The notes under the pieces were generated by a model. The model saw only the letters and a list, made by a program, of their open reading frames with translations. It was not told the origin of the DNA and searched no databases. A stretch of DNA of 63,252 bases, the filler included, from Asterionella formosa (lineage: Eukaryota), in the NCBI GenBank assembly GCA_002256025.1. It is 3 parts of 3 records of this genome, joined end to end, with 100 filler letters (N's around TTAATTAATTAA, not from the genome) between each part and the next. Parts side by side here need not be neighbours in the genome. Positions count along the whole stretch, not along the records: positions 30,691 to 61,228 come from NKIB01000849.1; 2 more parts are not named here. One strand, written 5' to 3'. The position numbers were made by a program, and so were the translations under genes. Within the stretch, counting starts at the first letter, position 1. Each line of letters starts with the position of its first letter. This document shows positions 37,088 to 48,305 of this stretch, piece by piece.

Positions 37088-38758
37088 GTGAACCTGCCAG
37101 TGAGTGGACCTGACTAGTTACTACCGGGGTATAGTTCTACTCAGCCTTGTACGAAGTGCTTGGATGACGAGACTTTAGAGGAAGATGAAATTGCCATCAG
37201 GCAAAATATTGATTTTATGGTGTGCATATCTTCAGCATATAAGAGCCTAAACTAAAGCTTTGAAGTTAGGATGTTAAGATCATCAGCATTTCTCTACTGT
37301 AATTTGTCCTAACTATCAAAAGTGGTATTGGTGGCTTTTGTAGACATTTTGTCCTGACTTCCCAGACCCAGCCCTGCTGGCAAACAGTGGTCCTCAACTG
37401 CCTTCCCCACCATTGTCGATTGCTTGGTGGTTCTTGATATACCCATTGCCTGCTATGGGGAAATAAAGCAGTGACCATATTTTTAATGTATTTACATTAG
37501 GTTTTACTGTTGCATTATTTCGAATTGTATTGCAATTTTGTTGCTAGTTTCAGCTGATTTATTCCAACTCTCTCGAAAGCATGGAAGTCCTGCAAATTAT
37601 TTCTTGAGTTTGTTCCCTGATGTTTGGCCAATGCCAAAAAAACCAATCCTGACAACTGTGGATCCTCTCGTGTGCTGGGATTGTGAGCAATTGATTTTTA
37701 ATTATTTGCCATTGGATGTATCATATACTACCAGGTAGTGGGTGCAATAGGAAACTATAAAAATGTGTGTCATCTTCATTCTGATCTGATACACCAAATA
37801 TGTCCATACATTCTTCAAACTTTTAACAATGTCATGGGGCTATGGTTTGTGGGTCACACCCTAAAGTGGGAAACCCTCCTCTGGTAGCACATACAACGAT
37901 ACAACTGAATTGAGTGTGATCGATTTTAAGAATATTCTGTCTGCTGCATGTATTTTGCCTGCATTGAAACCGCAAGAAGGTTCCTTTCAATCTAGGAACC
38001 CAGGGAAGCCAACTGAGGTTTTGGAGCAATTAAGAGAACAGATAATTACTATGTTTCCTTACCAGCACGTCATTTAAGGAAATCAATTGGTTGGGAACAA
38101 AAAATGACTAGTGAATGATGATATTTATGAAGGCAAATTATTGTAATGATTTATTTTAATATCTTGATAGGAAATGATGTTAAGGTCATTTCATCGCTGT
38201 TCCATCAGTTTGCACTAGATATGAAGAGACTTTAATATTCGATTTGTTTCCTAAAGAGGATGTCTGTGTATCATTGTTAACACATTTCATTTGTGCAACA
38301 CTGCTATCTCTTCCAGCCTTGCAACCAGGTGAGAGATAAACTGTAAGGCACCATCATTTTTCGTATGGTTCAATGCACCACCATTGACTGTATCTCCACG
38401 CACGAGAACAATCATTTTCAGTGGAATCTCCAATGAAATGGCAAAGTTATTTGGAGGAATAACACCATCATTTCTTAAACTAGTTTCACCATCCCACACA
38501 TTCAATTCATTACCACCGGCACTTAGTCAGTGCATGGGACTTTCTTTTTTTCATTTCTTCTTCACTGTAGTCACGATATGGCTTCTGGTATCTATAGGTG
38601 ATGGAGGGTACACTATAACACATTCTTGTACAAACAAGGTGACATTGGTATCTACCGGTATATACTGGTAGGTGATGGATGGTACGGAAGAACATATTCT
38701 CATTCAAACAAGGTGCGGGTGATGGATGGTATGCAAGAACACATTCTCGTACAATTAA

Positions 38759-39905
38759 GGGTCCTGCATTTGAACCCCTAGCTCGAGGTAGGGTTAAAAA
38801 AATAATATTAAGTCAGAGTAGTCAAACATGCACTTCATGAGAGAAAAACGTAAATGTATATCGCTAAACGGAGCTTTCACCAATACACACCCTTTCCATA
38901 TGCTTAAATACATTCATTTATCAAAGTAGGGGTATAGGTCAACGCTATATATCGTCAGGATATAGGATCTGGCGAGAAACTGCAGAAAGGAACTTCGGTT
39001 TTTTAACTATGCTGAAAATAGTGGATTTTACAGGTCCAACTCGTTTATTTGGCCTAGTAAAAAAACCGAAAATCCTTTCTGCAGTTTCTCGCCGAAAGTA
39101 AACTTCTGGGGCTATATGAAGATTACCTATGTACTTAACTCTTCTTCAAAACCCTGCCAACGTTGAGCTATCGTTGTCCAAAAATTCGATAATATCGGCC
39201 TTTTCAACGGTCACCAAAATGTCGGAATCAGAATCACTAATCGCCGAAACGTCATCATCGGTATGGTAGTCTTGGGCTAAAATTTTTAGTCGTAAAATCT
39301 CGTCTACAAAAAGATCCATTGTTATTGCCCGCTGTATTATTCATATTCTGATTGGTTATCCATATATCCGTTCGATTGGCACGGTTTGCTAGGTCTTGCA
39401 ATCCCACGCCGGCCACACTGGATGTACATGAAGCATTTTTTTGGTGTTGGCCAATCCTACCCGTATACTGGTATCCCTACGGAGTAGGAATACCGGGTAC
39501 CGGGTAGACCTACCAGTACCAAGTAGCTGATCATCATTGGTCATGGTACCAGGCATATAGTGTACGATTACCAGTACATTACTACCCCGGTAGTATGCAC
39601 ATTCAAATATTTTTCGGAGAGCCGCCGGGTCTTGCATGTGATACATATTTGTTCATCCGAGTAGTATACTATTGGTAGAGTTTCTAGTAGCTATATATAC
39701 ATTCAGCGATGTACAATCTATTTATACATATTTAATGCATTTGAAATAGAATCTATACACGTACGCGCAAATTTCCACTCATTTGAATATTTCAAACGGA
39801 ATCATTGATATTCAAAATTAGCACATAAAAAATCTCAGTTCCAGGGAATTTCGGCAACCCTAAGCAATATTTTAACTTTTGCCTAGGGCTTCAAATGCAG
39901 AAACC
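38759..39905. mobile_element. Non-autonomous TIR element flanked by TTAA (Kolobok-like GG...CC ends)
   Basis: TTAA|gggtcctgcatttgaacccctag ... ctagggcttcaaatgcagaaacc|TTAA; removing it restores a minisatellite unit. Confidence 0.8.
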
Positions 39906-40049
39906 TTAAGGTGACATTGGTATCTATAGGTGCTGGAGGGTGCACTAAAACACGGTCACGTACAAGTAAGGTGACATTGGTATCTATAGGTGATGGATGA
40001 TATGGAAGAACACATTCTCGTACAAACAAGGTGACATTGGCATCTACAG

Positions 40050-40921
40050 GAAGGTGCGGTAATCAGTGGACATAGCGTGCAGGTTGCTCGTTTTCTGTTC
40101 ATCGATTCACGTACGAGAAAAAGGAAGGGGTATTCCCCAAAAATTGTCAAATCCCTAAAATTTGCGCCACTCCGATATTCTTTAAATAGTTGTTTACATA
40201 GACGTTAAGCCGTTCCTCGTTTTATTGTCAAAATGAACTTGAAGTCAGCAGTCAGCGATTTTTTCAAATTTTCAGCAAATCAAGTCAGCAGTCAGTAGTT
40301 AGCAAGTTGAAGTCAACATTTTTACGATAGTACCGGTACATGGTGGTAGCAATATCACGAAGTAGATAGCAATGATTTTTTTAGGCATCAATTTCGATTT
40401 CACAGTTTATTATCATGAACGGAGTACCAGGTATGTCTATGTTACTCCCGATAGTATAGTATGAACGTAGAAGGCATCACTTTTAGTATCCCAACAACAA
40501 AAAGATGATGCGTTTCCATCGTTATTCTAACATGAAAAGTAGACATGATTCGTACACCGGTAACAGTAGTCGGTCTCTTCCTATGTACATAGTAGCTTGT
40601 TTGACGTCCGATTGTTGAAGTCAGCAGTCAGCAGTCAGCGAATATTTCAAATTTTCAGCAAATCAAGTCAGCAGTTAGCAACAAGAAGTCCGCAGTCAGC
40701 AAATTGAAGTTGGTAGTCAGCGATTCTGCGGTGAAAGGTGGCAGTGCTTTTCCGTTTGAAAGTTTGTAACGGTTACAGGTAATCGAAATAAATTGAAATA
40801 ATTTGAAATTTTCATCATTTCGGAATTGGTGAGGCGGACAGACTTCCAATTCGGTAGTTTGAAACCGCTACTAGGAATTTTTAGTATATAGTGCGCACAA
40901 TTCACTGATTACCGGACCTTC
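40050..40921. mobile_element. MITE with 19-bp TIRs and CAG target-site duplication (PIF/Harbinger-like)
   Basis: CAG|gaaggtgcggtaatcagtg ... cactgattaccggaccttc|CAG; removing it restores a minisatellite unit; internal GTCAGCA arrays. Confidence 0.85.
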
Positions 40922-42399
40922 CAGGTGAAGGATGGTATGCAAGAACATGTTTTTGTACAAACAAGGTAACATTGGTATTGATAAATGATGGATGATACAC
41001 TAGAACATGTTCTCGTACAAACAAGGTGACATTGGTATCGATACATGATGGATGACTAGAACACTTTCTCAAACAAACAAGGTGACATTATGTACCAGCT
41101 AAAGTTTTACAAATTTTATAACAATATACATGGCAAATATATTTGAAATCGTTCTTTCATGTTAACAAACAATGCCTGCTTCATGAAAAGAAATATCGTA
41201 GTACAGCATATGACAAGGAAAGTTTACGCAATAACGAAAAACATTGTGGCTTCGACACATTGCGCCTTTGAAGGATGGAGTATGTTTAAGGTAATGAAAC
41301 CATCAATGTGGTACTACTTTGATGACAATTTTTGGGAGGACAACAACAATTGTAAACTAAATGCACGTTTCCTTTTTTCTCAGTTGATTCAATAGCTCGT
41401 TTCGCTTATTTGGGAGCACCAATGTAAAACAAAACTAAGCAAAATTGGTAAGTGCTCTTGTCATTGGACTTATTCACTTCTGATGGAACATAACTGACGG
41501 ACACGCCACATTTACCTTCTCTCAAAGTTAATCTAACGAAAATGAATTGGTAAGTTTTATTCGACAACATTGGATACCTGAAACTTGTTGCTTATTCAAG
41601 AATTTACTGACAATTTACTATTACAATTTTTTTGCATCAGTTGCTTTGATTTTTGGTAAGTGGCTGAAGCAAGAGGATACAATGGAATGGCGTGATGTTG
41701 TGTCAGTGTAACATGACTAGCTAACAAGTCATTCCTTCTAATTGTTACTGTAACTGCAAAGGACAATAAAACCAATCAAACAACGGAATAGTCAGCGAGT
41801 TCTGAATGACGCTAACAGCAGGAACAGAGACGAAGCACTGCTTGGCACAAGATTCAGAATAGAGGAAGAAAAGAGCGAGACAGGAACAATATACCTTGAG
41901 CCAAGTAGAGAGAGAAACGCTGGGTCACTGGCCTGCTGTAGAATCATAGATAGCATTGCTATGATATTTGATCGTTAAATTACAATCCATTTCAATTTTT
42001 TTGAACGATGCTTGTGATTAGAATTATGATCATGTTTAAGATAGATATACAATGAAACAATTCACATGAGATAATAGAGTTTAGCTGATTTAAGGATGCA
42101 TTGCTGTAGTAATAATTTACATTTGGTGATCACGAGAAGTGAAAATAATATGAGAAGGTTTATGATATTAATATGAGAAGGTTTATGATATTCATGAGAA
42201 ATGTTGTTGATCAGTTGATATACATTGTGTGATGATTATGTTCTTATTATCATTATACTTCAAGGTCCGTGAAATATTAATAAATCATCATAGTTATAGG
42301 ATACCTTGATCATATTTTTGATCCAAAAACTATCATATATACGAAAATCCTGTGCCACTTAGCGTATGATACCCTTAATCCTATATGCATGGTATTTTT

Positions 42400-43400
42400 T
42401 GTATGCTGTGACAGCATATAAACATCACGTACACCTCCCAAAGTCCACCCACCCCGGTTATTGACTGATACACTTGTAGGAGCTGCAGTTTGTACCACTA
42501 GAAGCATATGTAACTGCCCCTTTCTAAATGAAATGTACATCTATGTCATTAGCTTCATAGCCAAGTTCAAGTAGCTCATCCTTGTGCTTTTCTAGCACAC
42601 ATAGTAGGATAGCCCCAAATCGTTCCTCTTGCTTGGGACCTGGGAATAGCATACCATTCCCATCCTGGAAGATTTGTGGGAAAACAACAGGTACTCTGTA
42701 ACAGCAGTCACACAGCACACATGATATTTGTCAGGGTTTGTGTAAATATGGCGGGGATGCCAGTTCCTTGATCCTGCAGGGTCATTCTTAACATGTGAAA
42801 ATGAAATTCAAAATGCATCAGCCCTCCACATAAGACGATTCAAGCACACACTGGTATTTACTCCCCTACGCATCAAATTCCAAGTCAATGACATGAAAGC
42901 ACGACCAAAATTCCCTCATGTGACCTCATCTCCTCAAGTAGCCATATCATCGATTTTTCATAAACCTCGAAAGTAATTTCTCGTTTGCCCATTTCCACAG
43001 AACCAAGCCCTTCCTCTGCAGCCTTTGACACAACGCGTGCATCTCCTTCCATGTACTTGTCCACATTCTCTGAAAACTCATCACTTGCCCTGAACATGTG
43101 GCGCTTGAACAGATTATTCAAGATGGATTGCTTGTTCATATAGCCATATCATCGATTTTTCATAAACCTCGAAAGTAATTTCTCGTTTGCCCATTTCCAT
43201 AGAACCAATCCCTTCCTGTGCAGCCTTTGACAAAATGCGTACAACTCCTTCCATGTACTTGTCCACATTCTCTGAAAACTCATCACTTGCCCTGAACTTG
43301 TGGCGCTTGAACAGATTATTCAAGATTGATTGCTTGTTCATATTAACTTTTCCCTTCAAAGGCACACCATTATTCTTCAAAGTCGAGCTCAAGTATCCTA
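42400..43400 (-). mobile_element. Decayed Crypton element, copy 2, with internal ~200-bp tandem duplication
   Basis: GKREITFEVY, TWNLMRRG, SHVKNDPAG...PRHIYTNP, NNRGGWTLGGVRDVY; 42940-43139 is repeated at 43140-43340. Confidence 0.85.
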
Positions 43401-43494
43401 ACTATTACCGATAAGGAATCTTGTACGGTACTGTAAATCCAGAACGAAGGATGTGCGGTTTTCACTTTGGCCAGAAAAACTAATTTTGGAGACT

Positions 43495-43680
43495 TCAGGA
43501 AATTCCAAATTCCAGGAATTTCCTGAAGTTTCCTTACGCTTCCTGACATTTCCTTAAGTTTCCTTACATTTCCTGAAGTTTCCTGACATTTCCTTAAGTT
43601 TCCTGAAAGTCATAGTCATTTCCTGAAATTCATAGGAATTTCCTGAAAGTCATAATGTTTTCCTGAAAGTCATAGTCATA
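43495..43680. repeat. ~10-bp tandem array (tttcctgaag variants)
   Basis: tttcctgaag/tttccttac/tttcctgac/tttccttaag repeated more than ten times. Confidence 0.85.
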
Positions 43681-44050
43681 TGCTTTGTATTCTCGATTTT
43701 GCAATTAGAAGAATTCCACTATTTAATTCGCTGAAGCGTGCTATGAATTGAAGATGTCCTTTAGTACTATCTATGATAAAATATGTCGCTGTCAGATAAC
43801 ACGTTGTCCGTTTCAGGAAAATGACCGCAGCATGCAGGTACAGGAACCAGATGCGGTCATTTTGCTTAAATAAACAATTTGATATGGGATAAAGAAAGCT
43901 AAATCCTTAGTTCAGCAAAATTACCGCAACTTCCTGGTATGTGCGTCCATCAGAGGAACGAAAACCAAAATATGATTTCTGGTTGACGGGTGTCGCTGCC
44001 TTCACATCGTTAATTCCAGGTTCAAAAACATCGAAAGGAGATCATCGCCA

Positions 44051-44727
44051 ATGCCTGTGAAGAAAGAGGAAAGAAAGCTCTTGTCTGAGGCTGATGTAGC
44101 CAGCATCGATGAATCCAAGGCATCATCAGCGCCGCCAGTAATTAGCAAACGATCGAGAGAAAATTCCTCGACCAAGTGCAAGGTTTGTACGGCGCGGTTG
44201 GCTAAGAAAGGTAAGAAAAAGGGCGCTGTTAGTGAGGCGAGAATTAATATCCACACGTGATACTATCACTCCAGACCACGGATTGAAGTCGAGCTCTCAC
44301 AGGAAACTTCCTTTGCTTTCCCTTATTGCTTGATTCTTTACACCAAGGCTGCTCCCAATTCGCTTGCTTGTATTGCTGCAGCGACACAGACTGTGAAGGT
44401 CACAGGGAGTCTCGAGAACAATCCAAATGGAAGCAATTGGTCTTGACTGGTGCTACCATAGAACAAAAGAAAGCCGCCCAAAAGCGGTCTCACAGCATTG
44501 TAGAAAGGTCGTTTCGAGAAAAAAGTTTTGTTTATGTTAATCAAACAATTTTGCTTTGGAGCTTGAATGAATTCATGAACCACCCTAAATGGAGAGAAGA
44601 TGCGATTCGAAGAGCGGAAAAGCGGAAGTGCTATTCGAACATGGACAAGACTCCAATTCTGAAGAACAGTCGACCGCGATTTCGAGCCTTGTTGGAAACC
44701 CTGTACATAGAGTCTATCCAGAAATAG
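44051..44727 (+). CDS. Cys-rich zinc-finger protein (SHI/STY- or DUS1-tail-like); exons 44051-44210 and 44348-44727
   Basis: Phase-1 GTAAGA...AAG intron 44211-44347 assembles CKVCTARLAKKGCSQFACLYCCSDTDCEGH. Confidence 0.75.
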
Positions 44728-44916
44728 CTAAGGTGTCATCAACAAGTGATTATGTTTGTCTAATTTTTACATGATTGCTCTTTGAATTACCTGAATCAGC
44801 ACTGCTTAGCAAACACTCGCTGTCTTCCTGCCTGCAAATGTGCAGTTGCAGATGATGCAGGTGTTTCATTGACACTTTTCATAGATTTAAAAAATCAAGT
44901 ATGGAGCCTCCTTGTC

Positions 44917-45339
44917 CTAATCCTCTTTCTTCTTGTCAAACACTATCTCTGGAAATTTGTAAATATTCACTTCATATACAGCAAGATATGCAGCAAATCC
45001 AAAGGCAGTCCCAACTGCGAAGGCTGGCAGTCGCCCTCGACGAAGGCCCACGATGCTTCCAAAGAACAATGCAGATCCGGCGATTATGTGTGGGCCATAT
45101 TCGTGTCTTGTCTCATATGCCGTAACCACCTTGCGAACGACAAATTCACCCTGCTGTTTGGCATCTTTCAATGTAGCTACAAGTGGCATGCTTACTTGTT
45201 CCGACGTTTGTTCAAGGTTTGCCAATTCTTTATTACACGTTGATACTGCCACTTTGATGAAGGTCTTCAACAAGGCTCTGATTTCATTTATGTTTGGACT
45301 AGAAGGGCCATCGCCTGGCGGATCAGAATCCTTGCTCAT
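44917..45339 (-). CDS. Small membrane protein, possibly MICOS Mic26/27-like
   Basis: 140-aa ORF; helical N-terminus then two Gly/Ala-rich hydrophobic segments separated by RRGR. Function tentative. Confidence 0.55.
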   Translation of the reverse strand: MSKDSDPPGDGPSSPNINEIRALLKTFIKVAVSTCNKELANLEQTSEQVSMPLVATLKDAKQQGEFVVRKVVTAYETRHEYGPHIIAGSALFFGSIVGLRRGRLPAFAVGTAFGFAAYLAVYEVNIYKFPEIVFDKKKED

Positions 45340-46149
45340 GATGCCCCTGAAGAAAATTGAAGGGGATGGGAAAGATTATGGTGATGAGGTACTTTTCTTG
45401 TTTTATCGTTGTTGCAAGCTATGTAAATAATCCACATACGTGTAATACATACTCTACACCTGTTATGAATTGTTTATGACTACCAGGTACCGGTACCGGT
45501 CGGTCTAGTACGACCACTGTTCTTCTCTCTGTGTCTGGTTGTTTAACTGTTTACATGATTTTGTGTCTGCTTCAAGCAATCTACACATACTATAAATTCT
45601 TAAATATACAGCTCCCTTCTTTTAACATATATCCTTCTATAGGGCAATCGTAACAGAAATACAAATTAATTTTTTGTATCTTTAAAAGAGAAGAATTTAT
45701 TTTATCAAATCTTTACAGAGATACATTTTACAAATATATCTCAGTAATGGCAAAAAGGTTAGCCATTTTCTTCATGTTTCCACAATGTCTGTAAATAAAA
45801 AATATCGCACTTGTAAGATCAGGGGTATCATACGATAACTGGCACAGAATTTTTCTGTGCATGATACATATTTCGTTATATGTATGATAAATGTATACTA
45901 TGAAAGTGAACAGGCTAAGCTTACTCATAATAATCAAACCACCATATAATTATCAAAACATTATCCTAGTATGATGTATATTCTTTTATCATATACCTAT
46001 CCTGCATTATATGATGGTAACTCTAATCGAAAGAGCTATTAAAACTAGGTTGAAATGGATTGTAATTTTACTGTTATATAACGAAATCAATTTTATGTTT
46101 CTACATTTGTGTGTTGTTAAACAGCCAATGTTCCCCTTTTCTATTCTTG

Positions 46150-46375
46150 TCTCAATGCTCTTGATGCATGCCGCATGCCTCCTGCCTCCCTTCAATGCTC
46201 GTGAGGATGCATGCCTCCCCCAACTCTCTTCAATGCTCTTAAGGATACATGCCTCCCGCTTCCCTTCAATACTCTTGAGGATGCCTGCCTCTCCCCTGCT
46301 TCCCTTCAATGCTCTTGAGGATACTAAATTGCATCCTGCCTTGAAATCTCTTGATGCATGCCTCCCGTCTCCCTT
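46150..46375. repeat. Degenerate ~35-40-bp tandem repeat
   Basis: caatgctcttgaggatgcatgcctcc variants, about six copies. Confidence 0.75.
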
Positions 46376-47384
46376 CCACTCAGATTCTGAAACTCATCTG
46401 ACTTCATGCTGCAAATCCCATTTCCTTTTGATCCGATTCTGTTTTATCTATTTTGATTTACTAATCATAACAACAATGAGAAGGAATTACTCGCTCGTTA
46501 GCCATGTTTTGTTTATATCTCAACACTGCAGTCCCATCTTAGCATGCTCGTCCACTTACCAGAAATCGATGAATTTTTCGCAAAATTCTGTAAAATAATG
46601 TGTCAGTCAATGATCACATAAGTACAAATCAATAAACCGTTCCAACAATGTCATTTATAACTTACAACAAAACTCTTTGATTAAAATTATCCTGAAAGAT
46701 TGAAAAACAAACAGGTGTCAGTGATGTTCTAAGAGTGGCTCATTGATCTAACAAGAGCATTTACAAGTTTTTGGTCGACATTGGTGGTACTATCCCGCTG
46801 AATGCGAAATGTGCTTTTGAATTGCTAGGGAAGGAGGCAATCATTTTGTCTTTGTGAACCCAACAATTGATCACCTTGGCATGTACTCTTGACATGCCAT
46901 AGCTAGATTCCATTCACTCTTCCATTTTCAATCCTTGCTTCTAAGCCGCAAGGTTTATCATCATGGTGTGCATTGAAGCGTCGTTCTTTTAGTTTTCCTT
47001 GCTTGTCACAGGGCAGAGATGATCTTTCATTTCAGGATCATGTGGTACTGGTAGGCATAACAAGGAACTTCTATACATGATTTCAAATGTATAGGCTATG
47101 TATACATTTATAAAAATTTGAAAATGTAACAATATATAGACATAATGTTTGTACTATCATCAATTAAGCTTATACATAATTCAAATATATACAATGCATG
47201 AGGATATCATTGTTTTCCATGACCTGATGTACTGTCTTCGATTTTTTCCGCATCAATTCTTGTACCTACAAGTAAGTATTTTATTTAAGCCCCTCAATTA
47301 GCGGGAGTCATACGAAATTTTTCATTTGGTACAAATCATAAAATACTTACCAGTAGATGAATCGCTCGAATCAATCTTTTTGAT

Positions 47385-47697
47385 TTACAGATCATACCTC
47401 CTGGTTAGAAATGATTGCCGATAAATAAGATCACAGATGACAATTTTTAGCTTTTTTGATCTTACTTTTAACATGAATATATCTTACTACTAAAAAATTA
47501 CAGATCATACTTTGGTTAGATACGATTGCCAATAAATAAGATCATAGAAAACAATTTTTAGCTTTTTTGATCTTACTTCTAACATTATTATATCTTACTA
47601 CTAAAAAATTGCAGATCATATTTTCTGGTTAGATATGATTGCCAATAAATAAGATCACAGATTACAACTTTTCGCTCGTTTGATCTTACTTTTAACC
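47385..47697. repeat. ~113-bp tandem repeat, 3 copies
   Basis: cagatcata...ggttaga...gattgcc.ataaataagatca...tgatcttactt recurring near 47387, 47501 and 47612. Confidence 0.85.
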
Positions 47698-47704
47698 TAA
47701 GGAC

Positions 47705-47990
47705 GAGATGACAATAGATATCAATGTCACTTTGTTTGTCCGAGAACAACGTGTTGTTGCGTCCCCTCCATCACCAATAGATGATACCAATGTCGTCACC
47801 TTGTCTGTACAAGAACGTGTTGTAGCCTGAGTACGAGGTGACAATAGATACCAATGTCACCTTGTTTGTACGAGAAAGTGTTATTGCGTCCCCTTCATCA
47901 CCAACAGATACCAATGCCACATTGTTGTACGACTACGTGATATTGCGTACCCTCAATCACCTTTAGATACCGGTATACCAAAGTCACTCC
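47705..47990. repeat. Reverse-orientation copies of the ~60-bp minisatellite
   Basis: ataccaatgtcaccttgtttgtacgagaa is the reverse complement of the 38570-41090 unit. Confidence 0.85.
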
Positions 47991-48002
47991 CTAACCCTAT
48001 TC

Positions 48003-48305
48003 CTATCATGGGCATGATTCAAATTCAAATCAATTATACACGTAGTACGTTTACATACAAATATCTGTGCAACATACCGGTATATAAGTGTCATTATGAT
48101 GAACATGATTTGAATTCAAATCAATCGTATGCATACTGGTACTTACGTTTACATGCAAAAATATGTGTGCTACATATATACCGGTAGGTATCCCGATGAT
48201 GGGCATGATTAAAATTCAAATCAATCGTGTACATACATTTACATACAAAAATATCTGTGCGACATATTGGTACTACCAGGTACCAGGATACCAGGTACCG
48301 GTAGT
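48003..48305. repeat. ~95-bp tandem repeat, 3 copies
   Basis: catgatt..aattcaaatcaat...ttacat.caaaaat.t.tgtgc.acata recurring. Confidence 0.8.

Larger units (their letters stand above)
38570..41090. repeat. ~60-bp minisatellite (tcgtacaaacaaggtgacattggtatctataggtgatggatggtatgcaagaacacattc) split by two insertions
   Basis: Units at 38570-38758, 39906-40049 and 40922-41090. Confidence 0.85.

Noticed and set aside
38287..38570. Possible 2OG-oxygenase-like relic (LEIPLKMIVLVRGDTVNGG)
   Set aside because: Too short and degraded to support a call.
46011..46598. 195-aa ORF
   Set aside because: Open frame produced by a tandem repeat; no protein-like features.
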